64,000 bases of DNA from an uncultured Rivularia sp. GTDB taxonomy: Bacteria > Cyanobacteriota > Cyanobacteriia > Cyanobacteriales > Nostocaceae. Below, in pieces: positions 11,326 through 20,889 of the stretch (positions within the stretch are counted from its first letter, which is position 1; every line of letters begins with the position of its first letter). Position numbers and translations under genes: made by a program. The notes under the pieces were generated by a model. It was not told where the DNA came from, ran no database searches, and worked only from the letters and a program-made list of their open reading frames with translations. Location: NCBI GenBank assembly GCA_963665115.1, contig OY762007.1:6528001-6592000 (forward strand). The letters are read 5' to 3'.

Positions 11326-13276
11326 ATGATTATTGAACCCAACTCTAAAATCAGATTGGAGCTGCAAGAAGAGTTTAAATTAGCTCAAATACTAATTAAT
11401 CATTCTAAAGATGCTGTATTTTGCGTAGAAGAAAATGGTCAGTTTCTCTACGTCAATAACGCAACTTGCTCGCTTGTTGGGTATTCCCGATACGAAATAC
11501 TTGGGATGAAGTTACGAGAAGTCGATGCTAATTGGGAATGGGAAAAATGGTTGCAGCAATGGGAATTACTTAAGCAACAAGGTTCGATAAGCTTTGAGAC
11601 TTGCTATCGAGATAAGGTAGGTAAGGTGTTTCCCGTTGACATCACTCTTATTCTGGAAGAATTAGGAAGTAAACAAGTATGTTGCGTGTATGCTTGCAAA
11701 GATAATCGTGAGTCGCAAAACTGCGCTTCGCAATCGGATGTAGTAGAGTCTCCAAACATCAGAGATGGTTTGGAACAAGAAATTGTTGAATATCAGAAAA
11801 CAGGTGATGATTTAAAGAATTCTCTTTCTTTGCTAAGTTCAACTTTAGAATCTACAGCTAATGGCATACTTGCAATCAACTTTGATGGAGAGATACTTTA
11901 TTACAATCAGAAATTTATAGATTTGTGGAATCTGCCACCGGAAGTAAGTATATCAAGGAACTGTAGTAAAGCAAAAGATTTTTTTGAGAGTCAAATTGAA
12001 GATGTAGAGGTGTTTCGTTCGCATATTTGGGAATTACCTACCAAGTCTGATTCAGAAACCTACAATTTGTTAAAGTTAAAAGATGGAAGAATATTCGCAC
12101 ACTACTCAGAGCCTTATAGACTCAATGGCAATATTATTGGTAGAGTGTGGAGTATCTGGGATATTACAGAATCAAGGCGAACGGAGGAAGCATTAAAGCG
12201 GAATGAAGCGAGATTCCGTACTTTAGCCCAAAATACGGAAGCTGGGATTATTTTAGTTCATAATAACTATGTTTGTTATGCCAATAGAGCAGCAGAGATG
12301 CTAACCGGCTATTCAATAAAAGAATTAACTCACAACAATTTCAAATTTGAACAATTAGTTCAAGTAAGACAACACAGACAAGTACGCAAGCAAGATGGAG
12401 CTACTACTTGCCAGTACCAAGAAATGCAGATTCGCACAAAACAAGGTTTGTCTCGCTGGTTAGCTTGTACCTTAGAGCGACTCGATGGAGTGCTTGACTT
12501 TGCGGGGAAAGAAGTGGAGATGATTACAGCAATTGATATTACCGACTATAAGCAAGCCGAATCGGAAACTCCGTCAAGCATTAGAACAAGCAAAAAGGTT
12601 AAGCGAACTCAGAAAGCGCTTTGTTTCAATGCTTTGTCATCAATTTCGTACTCCACTCAATGTTGTTTCTTTCTCATCTGACTTACTCAGACGCAATATT
12701 CATCAATGGAGTGAAGAGAAAAATCACTCTTATCTTGACTTAATTCAAGATGCTGTAGAGCAAATAAGCGAACTACTTGATGAAATTTTGTTATTTGGTA
12801 AAGCTGAAGCAGATACATTAAAGTGCGAACCAAGACAACTCGATCTCAAGCAATTTTGCCAAGATATTATAGCACAGATTTATTTGGCAGGAGGCAAGCA
12901 AAAAACAATTAACTTCCGAAGCGAAGGTGAATGTTCGACTCGAAGTGTAGATCCTAAATTATTGCATCATATTTTGACTAATTTACTTTCTAATGCCGTT
13001 AAATATTCCATAGGTAGTAATGCTGTAGCTTTAGAGCTTATCTGTGGAGAAGATGATGTGACTTTCAAAATCAAAGATAAAGGTATTGGGATTCCAGCAG
13101 TAGATCAAATTCAGATATTTGAGCCATTTTATCGAGGCAGTAATATTGACAGTATACCTGGTACCGGACTGGGTTTATCCATCGTAAAAACTCTCGCAGA
13201 TTTACATGGATGTAAAATTTCGCTGTCAAGTGAAGTTGGTGTAGGAACGATTTTTACCTTAAAAGTCCCATCTTGA
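11326..13276 (+). CDS. PAS-domain sensor histidine kinase of the scytonemin two-component system; apparent frameshift at 12566-12568
   Basis: Three PAS-like segments, then HisKA (CHQFRTPL) and HATPase (NLLSNAVKY, GTGLGL). Deleting one A joins the ORFs as ESELRQALEQA. Confidence 0.9.
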
Positions 13277-13409
13277 AAAAAACCGAATTTTAAGACTGAC
13301 CAATATTTATTTATTTTTAAATTAGCGATCAATTATATAGCTAAGAAAAATTTTACATCCTTGTTAGCTCGGCATAAATTCCCAAACTTAATCTTTATCG
13401 CAATAAATC

Positions 13410-14238
13410 ATGATCAACGCAGTCTCTAAAAAAATATTGGTAATCGAAGATGATGCTCGTACTCGTAATATGTATTTAGATGGACTTGAAAGTGAAGGCT
13501 TTGAGATGATAAGTGCGTCGAATGGTACTGCGGGTATTCAACAAGCTGTCGCTAATTTACCCGATTTAGTCATTTGTGATATCTTAATGCCCGATCTTGA
13601 TGGGTTCACGGTTTTAAGAAAATTGCGTCAAAATCCCCTTACAGCAGTAATTCCATTTATTTTTCTTACTGGCAGGGGTTTCTCAAGAAGATTTCCGCAA
13701 AGGAATGGAGTCTGGTGCTGATGACTATATAACTAAACCCGCTACAGTCGAACAATTATTAAAGGCGATCGCCACTCGATTGGAGAAAAAGCAGGCTTTC
13801 CTTCGTTATTGTTATGCTAACTACGATGGTATCTCACCATCAAGGTTAGATGGATCTGTCGCATCAAACGAAGAGAAGTCGATTTTTCCTATTGTCCCTC
13901 AGTTGAAAGAAGTTTTTGATTTTATCGAAGCTAACTATCAAAAGGGAATCACATTGAGCGATGTAGCTCAAGCAGTTGGTTATTCGGCAGCTTACTTAAC
14001 TAATAGAGTTGCGAAAATAACTGGAGAAACAGTTAACAGTTGGATTGTCAAGCGTCGTATGGCTGCTGCGCGTTATCTACTCAGGAATACCAGTCAAAAC
14101 ATTGAAGAAATCGCTACTAACGTAGGCTATCAAAATGCCTGTCATTTTTCCCGGCAATTTCGCCAACATCATGACATTCCTCCTCAAGCTTGGAGAAAAA
14201 AGCATCAAATGATGGAACGTTATCCAGTGGAAGTTTAA
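13410..14238 (+). CDS. Response regulator, REC + AraC HTH; apparent frameshift near 13676-13681
   Basis: KILVIEDD, DLVICDILMP, AraC motif VGYQNACHFSRQFR. A one-base deletion restores SQEDFRKGMESGADDY. Confidence 0.9.
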
Positions 14239-14353
14239 CTAAATTTAACGATTAGCAACGTGATTCGTAAAAACTACTCTATTGAGAAAGCGAATATAAA
14301 ATAGAAAAAGCCTAAGTGCGATCGCGCTCGTTTTTTGAATTTGGAGAATGGTG

Positions 14354-14670
14354 TAGTAGTCGATTTCATTAAAATTGACAGGTTCGTTTTTGCGGGAAAC
14401 GTCGGTAAACGTAGCACTGCTACGTCTCTACAAACCATAGGTATTAATGAAATCTACTAGAGTATTGCATTTCATTTGTTCTGACAGGTTGTAGAGACGT
14501 TATACATAACGTCTCCCAAGGTTTACCGAGAAAACGAATCAGTCAAAATTTATGAAATCTACTAGTAGTCCTTTGCATAAATTCTGAGGGGTACGTTTTC
14601 GACCTAACGTCGGGAGACGTAGCACTGCTACGTCTCTACAACCCATTAAAACAAATGAAAAGGACTACTA
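14354..14670. mobile_element. Stack of three ~105-bp MITE-like units, each carrying a GTAGAGACG palindrome
   Basis: Unit 3 has terminal inverted repeats TAGTAGTCCTTTGCAT / ATGAAAAGGACTACTA; units 1 and 2 have related ends. Confidence 0.7.
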
Positions 14671-14788
14671 GTAGTCCTTCGCCACGATAATTCTGCGGGG
14701 TTATGAACGGATTAAAAAAAACCGCAGAGTACCCAGAGTACCCAGAGGATTAATTCGAGTATGAATAATTTTGAGGGTTAACACATTC

Positions 14789-14893
14789 GTAGTGGGAGCG
14801 TCTCGCTCCCTCGTGACAACCAGCGAGCAAGATGCATATCCTTGCGGACACACTATGCCCTTCGGGCAAGCTTCGCTAACCTTAACGCACTAC
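14789..14893. repeat. REPIN-like pair of GTAGTGGGAGC/GTAGTGCGAGC palindromes with a nested ~50-bp insertion
   Basis: GTAGTGGGAGCGTCTCGCTCCCT...AGCGAGCAAGATGC[insert]CGCACTAC. Confidence 0.7.
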
Positions 14894-15808
14894 TTCCAAT
14901 CCCTTATAAATTATGCTTCGCAGTAACGCTTGCGGGACTGATTATTCGGAATTCGGAGGGGCTAAAGCCGCCACGTAGAACCTCTCATAATACGCTTTGG
15001 TGGAGTAAGGAACATATATAAGCGAATAATTGATGCGTGAAATCTTGTAAATGCAGAATGAAAATTTTTAGGGGATTACAGCGACTTTTCAAGTCCCCAA
15101 CGAGTTGATAAATAAAGTTTTTTTAATCCCGCTTCGATTAAACATAATTACACTTGCGTGTATTTCAAGATACGCAAGTATAATTATTGGTTACTTAATC
15201 AAAACTTTATAAATGAGCGACTAGTTTAAAGTAAATTTGATTATTTTGTTTCGATAAAAGATATATGTTATACGTAAATATAGAAAATATTAATTAAAAA
15301 TTATGTCATAACAAACAAGGCAAAATTGAAATGCTCGCATTCTATCTAAATTGGCTATATTAAAGCTTATTTAATGATTTGTGTTTATTTTTCAAGAACA
15401 AAAATTACAAGCCTTGTTCTTAACTTATTAAAGGGGTGATGCTTTTATATTAAAACATATTTTTGTTAGCGTAGCGTGCGCTAGCTTTTTCAAGTACTCA
15501 ATTTACTTTCTTTCTCTTCTCTTAACTTACGGATTTTTAATAGATACAGTAATAGACTCAAATAATTTATGAGCTAGCTTCATATATATTAAGCTGAGAT
15601 AATGTTTTAAGTTTAAAATAAACATTTTTAGCTTAATAGTATTCATATGTATAAAAATCCTAATATATTCTCGAAAATATTCATTTATTTCTTAATCAAA
15701 CAATCAAAATGAATTAATATAGACCAAATTGTCAAGTAGGCGAATAACTAAAGTTAAATTGAACCGTAATTTTCTTTTAAATACAAACACAACCAACGCG
15801 GATTAAAC

Positions 15809-16525
15809 ATGAGTAAAGCTAATTCAAAATTAAAAAGATTGCAAGAAGTTTTGATTACTGGTTTGCTAGGAGACTTATCTGCTATCGCTTTAGGACCAAA
15901 CTTAAGAAAGCTGATATATAGAAGTTTATTTAGTCGAATGGGTAAGTCAATCTATATACAAAATGGTGTTGAATTACTCGGTGCTTATAACGTAGAGATT
16001 GGCGATGGAGTGCATCTTTTCAAAGGAGTACGTGTAGATGCTTTAGGACATCAAGACAATAAAATTACTTTAAAAGAAGGAGTTGCTGTTGAACGCAACG
16101 TAGATATTGGAGCTTTAGATAATACTCATATATATATAGATAAAGGTACATTTATTGGCGTTGGTGCTTGTATTGCGGGACCGGGAAACGTCAAAATTGG
16201 TAAGCGCTGTTTAATCGCAGCACATAGTGGAATATTTGCTAACAATCATAACTATGCAGACCCACTAAAATATATTGCCGATCAAGGAGTTACTTGTAAA
16301 GGAATTACTATCGAAGATGACTGCTGGTTGGGACACGCTGTAACGGTTATAGATGGAATAACTATTGGTAAAGGTAGCGTTATAGGTGCTGGCTCTGTAG
16401 TCACAAAAGATATTCCTCCTTATTCAATTGCTGTTGGAACACCAGCCCGAGTTATTAAAAGTCGTCTTCCCGAAGATTCTGTAAACCCCAATGATTTAGA
16501 AATGATGACAGCTAATTCCGTTTAA
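15809..16525 (+). CDS. Hexapeptide-repeat acyltransferase
   Basis: ANNHNY, IEDDCWLG, IGKGSVIGAGSVVTKDIPPYSIAVGTPA. Confidence 0.9.
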   Translation: MSKANSKLKRLQEVLITGLLGDLSAIALGPNLRKLIYRSLFSRMGKSIYIQNGVELLGAYNVEIGDGVHLFKGVRVDALGHQDNKITLKEGVAVERNVDIGALDNTHIYIDKGTFIGVGACIAGPGNVKIGKRCLIAAHSGIFANNHNYADPLKYIADQGVTCKGITIEDDCWLGHAVTVIDGITIGKGSVIGAGSVVTKDIPPYSIAVGTPARVIKSRLPEDSVNPNDLEMMTANSV

Positions 16526-16530
16526 GAATA

Positions 16531-16663
16531 TTATCCCGAACTTGCCAATTTTAGATGCAGGGATTTTATGGAAAGTTAGTTTGGGGAAGAATATCTTCCC
16601 ACAAACTAAGCATCATCGGATTTTAGATTAAAAACAAGCCCTTGCAGAATCAAGTTGGGGATA
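16531..16663. repeat. Inverted-repeat-bounded element with internal hairpin
   Basis: TTATCCCGAACTTG ... CAAGTTGGGGATAA; inner TTAGTTTGGGGAAGA / TCTTCCCACAAACTAA. Confidence 0.5.
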
Positions 16664-16793
16664 ATTTAAATCCTCATATTTGAGAAGCTATTTATTTAAA
16701 ATATAAAACGGCCTCAACCTTTTATTTCAAAAGGATAAATCAAAATCTAGAATCGGTTAATAAATTAGAAACTTTCTTCTAGGAAATATAATT

Positions 16794-17513
16794 ATGAATA
16801 GTAAAAAAACTGTATCAAAGTGGAAACGTTTACAAGAAATAATTTTAACTTTGTTGTTAGGTAATATTCCTACCAAAGTTATAGGTTCCAATTTACGAAC
16901 TTTCTTTTATCGCGGTATATTTGCAAGTTTGGGTAAAGGAGTTTACCTACAAGATAGCGTTGAATTTATTAATACTCCTTGCATAGAAATTGGCAATAGA
17001 GCGCAAATTTTACGAGGAGCAAATATAAACGCAATCGGAAATCCCAAGAATAAAATTTCTATTGGTGATGGAGTACAAATTCAACAAGGTGTTGATATTA
17101 GAGCATTGAACGATACTTATTTAAAAATTGAAGACGAAACATTTATTGGTCCTTATGTTTGTATTGCCGGGCCTGGAAATATCAAAATAGGTAAAGGTTG
17201 TTTGATTGCAGCACATTGCGGATTATTTGCTAACAACCATAATTTTGTAGATCCGGTTCAATATATTGCCAGACAAGGTATAACTCGTAAAGGAATTGTA
17301 ATTGAAGATGACTGTTGGCTCGGACATGGTGTAACGGTAACAGATGGAGTAACCATCGGAAGAGGTAGCGTTATCGGTGCTGGCTCAGTAGTCACAAAAG
17401 ACATCCCTCCTTACTCGATAGCCGTCGGTACCCCTGCAAAAGTTGTTAAAAGCCGTATTGGAGAGCAATCAGTTATCAGCGATCAGTTAGGAGTTACGAA
17501 GGTCAAAGGTTAA
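16794..17513 (+). CDS. Hexapeptide-repeat acyltransferase, tandem paralog
   Basis: Same motifs as 15809-16525 and colinear along its length. Confidence 0.9.
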   Translation: MNSKKTVSKWKRLQEIILTLLLGNIPTKVIGSNLRTFFYRGIFASLGKGVYLQDSVEFINTPCIEIGNRAQILRGANINAIGNPKNKISIGDGVQIQQGVDIRALNDTYLKIEDETFIGPYVCIAGPGNIKIGKGCLIAAHCGLFANNHNFVDPVQYIARQGITRKGIVIEDDCWLGHGVTVTDGVTIGRGSVIGAGSVVTKDIPPYSIAVGTPAKVVKSRIGEQSVISDQLGVTKVKG

Positions 17514-17797
17514 AGATTGAAATTCTCCTCATTTCCCAATGCCCAATGCCCAATCCCCCATGCCCAATCCCCATGCCCAACTGGTAACTGCTTGAAACAT
17601 ATTAATGGGAATGAGCGTCGAAAAAATAACCCGTCTACTGAAGCGCATAAAATTCGAGTATAAAAAATCCCCCATGAGCATCTATCTTTTATATCCTCCA
17701 AAAATGGAGCTATTTTGGGTAATATAAAGAAGTTAACTTTTCTGCAAAAGCAGATACTAAAAATAACTTTTTCGATTAACCCCGTGGAGAAATTGCT

Positions 17798-17914
17798 ATG
17801 TTGAGTTTAAAAATCGCTGTTTATATTGTCGTTGGGTTGTTTTTAGCTACATTTATCTTTGGATTCTTGTCAAATGACCCATCTCGTAACCCTGGACGTA
17901 ATGATTTTGAATAA
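17798..17914 (+). CDS. psbI: Photosystem II protein I
   Basis: Manual translation [46 protein letters not shown] upstream. Confidence 0.97.
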   Translation: MLSLKIAVYIVVGLFLATFIFGFLSNDPSRNPGRNDFE

Positions 17915-17969
17915 TTTATAGTCGCTTTCGTCCATTATCGCTGCATTTGCAGAGGATATTTTTAAGTCT

Positions 17970-18027
17970 AAGGACACGTCCGAAGAGTTATAATTAACTA
18001 ATTTCTTTGGGAAGCGTGTCCTTTTTT
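17970..18027 (+). terminator. Probable intrinsic terminator after psbI
   Basis: AAGGACACG...CGTGTCCTT stem followed by a T run. Confidence 0.55.
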
Positions 18028-18168
18028 GGGCGGAATCTGCTCGCAAGTTAAGTAGAAGGCTAAAGTTGGGAGTCTATTAATCCTTGAGGTTGTATGCTTC
18101 TAATTTGATTATTAACTGTTCTTTAGCTTGCTTTAAAGACTGTTTGTTGGCTTATATAGTGTGTAAGT

Positions 18169-20736
18169 ATGCTTCATCCAGTTGCGTCCCCGCCCGAATT
18201 CCCGATTGTTATCAATTCCCTTGCCGTAGCAGATGTCTCTACGGATAATTCAAGTACATTACAAAATAGTACTGTTATCCAAGCATCTCCTACTGCCCAA
18301 ACAAGTTTCTCGCTTCGCGAACATTTTTCACCGCCAAAATCTTTTCTAAGTCAAAATCGAAGTCTATCGAAAACAAGCGAACCCGAAACTATTCTCTCAC
18401 CGGAATTTTCACCCGCTACTGTTGCGAATGATGATGCCTCTCTAGGGGAAAAGTTTAGTGTTAGTTATCCATCAGAGAACCAGCAAGTATTATCCGGAGG
18501 TTTGAAGCATTTTGAAGCCGCCAGCTTTACTCAAAAGAAAGCGGAATCTGCTCCCAAGAATGTTACAAAGAATTCAACTAAAACACCTCAGAAGCTTGTA
18601 AATAAGAAAAAGGCTGCCCAAGAAACGCAAAAACCGACAAACATAGAATTTTATTCTCAAAATACAAACTCTACAAAAGCTCCCGCGACGATAGAATTTA
18701 AGTCCCGTTCTCAGATACAAGCTCAACAACAACTTCCTCAGCAAACTCTTCCACAACAAACTCCTCAACAACAAACTATACCCGTACCGCAGCCAACTCA
18801 GCAGCCACAACCATCACAAGCGCCAACTGAGACAAGAAGAGTTATTGAAATTATTGCAGATAGGCAGATTTATGACGAGAATCGCCGGGTTGTAACCGCT
18901 GAAGGTAATGTAGTTGTAAGATTTGACGGTTCTGTAGTAGATGCCGATAGTTTACAGGTAAATATAGATAACTTAATTGCTGTTGGTGAAGGAAATGTTG
19001 CAGTCACCAGAGGGGAACAAGTTTTAAGAGGAAACCGATTTACATATAACTTTATTCAAGACACTGGGGATTTAGAAGGTGGAAGCGGTGAAGTTAATGT
19101 AGCCCAAGCATCGCAGGATTTATCTTTTGACTCTCCCGCAGTAGCAGCAGGTGGAGTTCCCCGTCGTCCTCCCAGCGATAGAATTAGACAAAATCAACCT
19201 TTAACTGGTGTTGGTAGCCCTGGAGGAGTCGGTTTTCGTTTCGGCGGTAGAGGCGCTCGCAACTTACCAGGGGGAAAACAAGGTGGTGTAGTTAATCGCT
19301 TGCGTTTTGAAGCCGCACGAGTAGATTTTTATCCGAAAGGATGGGAAGCAAAAGATGTCCGCATTACCAACGATCCCTTTTCTCCCCCAGAATTAGAAGT
19401 ACGTGCAAACTCAGTTACTTTAGAACGAATTTCTCCTTTAAGAGACAAACTTAGATTAAAAAAACCGCGTTTAGTATTCGATCGTGGCTTAACTTTAGGT
19501 ATAGGCAGTTATACAAGGACAATCGATCGCAGCGAACGCGATGCCACTCCCGCTCCAGTTTCCATCGGTTTTGATGGTGACGAACGCGGTGGCTTATATT
19601 TAGAGCGCTCATTTAATGTATTAAGTACACCACAGGCAAGCTGGAAAGTTACCCCGCAATTTTTTGCTCAACAAGCCGTACAAAATAATAACGGAGGTTT
19701 CCCAGCGCTTTTTGGTTTAAAGTCAAGTTTTAATGCAACCTTAAGTCCGCGATCGCAAGTTCGAGCATCGACATCTTTAACAAGTCTCGACTTAACTGAC
19801 TTAGAAGACAATTTGCGTGCGAGCGTGCGATACAACTATTTACTAGGGAACCCCCTAAACCCCTATCAAGCTGCATTTGAATACAGCTATCGCGATCGCC
19901 TTTACAACGGAAGTCTTGGTTTCCAAACCGTACAAAGCAGCTTTGGTGGAGTAATAACTTCTCCAAATATCCCTTTAGGTAAAACCGGGTTAAATCTAAG
20001 ATATCAAGCAGGCGCTCAACAAGTCAGCGCCAGAACCGATCGGGCAGAGTTATTAGATGTAGGTAGAAGCAACGACCGAGTTTCTTTAGGTCGCCTTCAA
20101 GCCAGCGCTACTATCGGCGGGGCTATCAACCTTTGGCAGGGTAAAGCTTTACCACCCACCGCCACAGAAGGATTAAAATATACTTCCAATCCAGTAGTGC
20201 CTTACGTACAAGTATTTGGTAATGTAACTGGAACCGGCAGCTTTTATAGCAACGGCGACGAGCAAAATACCTTGATAGGTTCAGTTGGATTGCAGGGACA
20301 ATTTGGTAACTTTTCCAAAAAGTTTTTAGACTATACCGGCTTCAACGTCACTTATTCGCAAGGTACAAATGACGGATTGTCGCCCTTTTTATTCGACCGT
20401 TACGCCGATAGACAAGTATTAAGCGCCGGTTTTACCCAACAGTTGTACGGGCCATTTCGTTTAGGATTTCAAACAACCATCAATTTAGATACCAGCGAAC
20501 GTACCAGTACTGACTATATCTTAGAATACAGCCGTCGTACCTACGGTGTCAGCTTGCGTTACAACCCCGTACTCGAACTCGGTGGTATTAGTTTTCGCAT
20601 CAGCGACTTTAACTGGAGTGGAGGAACCGATCCATTTTCCGGCAACGATGCAGGAGGAGTTAAGCCAGTCGTTGGTGGGACTGGAGCAGCGGTAATTAGG
20701 GGATTGGTTCGTAGTTGCGCTTCAGCGCCAAAATAA
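18169..20736 (+). CDS. DUF3769 / LptD-like outer-membrane protein
   Basis: OstA-like IIADRQIYD...TAEGNV, RITNDPFSPPELE and LEYSRRTYG...RYNP motifs; typical neighbour of psbI. Confidence 0.8.
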   Translation: MLHPVASPPEFPIVINSLAVADVSTDNSSTLQNSTVIQASPTAQTSFSLREHFSPPKSFLSQNRSLSKTSEPETILSPEFSPATVANDDASLGEKFSVSYPSENQQVLSGGLKHFEAASFTQKKAESAPKNVTKNSTKTPQKLVNKKKAAQETQKPTNIEFYSQNTNSTKAPATIEFKSRSQIQAQQQLPQQTLPQQTPQQQTIPVPQPTQQPQPSQAPTETRRVIEIIADRQIYDENRRVVTAEGNVVVRFDGSVVDADSLQVNIDNLIAVGEGNVAVTRGEQVLRGNRFTYNFIQDTGDLEGGSGEVNVAQASQDLSFDSPAVAAGGVPRRPPSDRIRQNQPLTGVGSPGGVGFRFGGRGARNLPGGKQGGVVNRLRFEAARVDFYPKGWEAKDVRITNDPFSPPELEVRANSVTLERISPLRDKLRLKKPRLVFDRGLTLGIGSYTRTIDRSERDATPAPVSIGFDGDERGGLYLERSFNVLSTPQASWKVTPQFFAQQAVQNNNGGFPALFGLKSSFNATLSPRSQVRASTSLTSLDLTDLEDNLRASVRYNYLLGNPLNPYQAAFEYSYRDRLYNGSLGFQTVQSSFGGVITSPNIPLGKTGLNLRYQAGAQQVSARTDRAELLDVGRSNDRVSLGRLQASATIGGAINLWQGKALPPTATEGLKYTSNPVVPYVQVFGNVTGTGSFYSNGDEQNTLIGSVGLQGQFGNFSKKFLDYTGFNVTYSQGTNDGLSPFLFDRYADRQVLSAGFTQQLYGPFRLGFQTTINLDTSERTSTDYILEYSRRTYGVSLRYNPVLELGGISFRISDFNWSGGTDPFSGNDAGGVKPVVGGTGAAVIRGLVRSCASAPK

Positions 20737-20804
20737 TTGGTTCGTAGTTGCGCTTCAGCGCCAAAAATAATTGGTTCGTAGTTGCGCTTCAGCGCCAAAA
20801 ATAA
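20704..20804 (+). repeat. Three tandem 33-34-bp repeats with a GTAGTTGCGCTTCAGCGC palindrome
   Basis: TTGGTTCGTAGTTGCGCTTCAGCGCCAAAA(A)TAA x3, no spacers. Confidence 0.9.
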
Positions 20805-20889
20805 TTGGTAATAAATAAAATTCCCAACTCCCAACTCCCTACTCCTAACAGACGTAGCACTGCTACGTCTCTACATTCCTAACTCTTTG

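Noticed and set aside
8076..14238. Pseudogenisation or programmed frameshifting of the scytonemin locus
   Set aside because: The same one-base pattern hits unrelated genes including ispD, with no shared slippery motif; error is more parsimonious
20704..20804. CRISPR-like 33-34-bp palindromic direct repeats
   Set aside because: Repeats are contiguous with no unique spacers, and no cas genes are present
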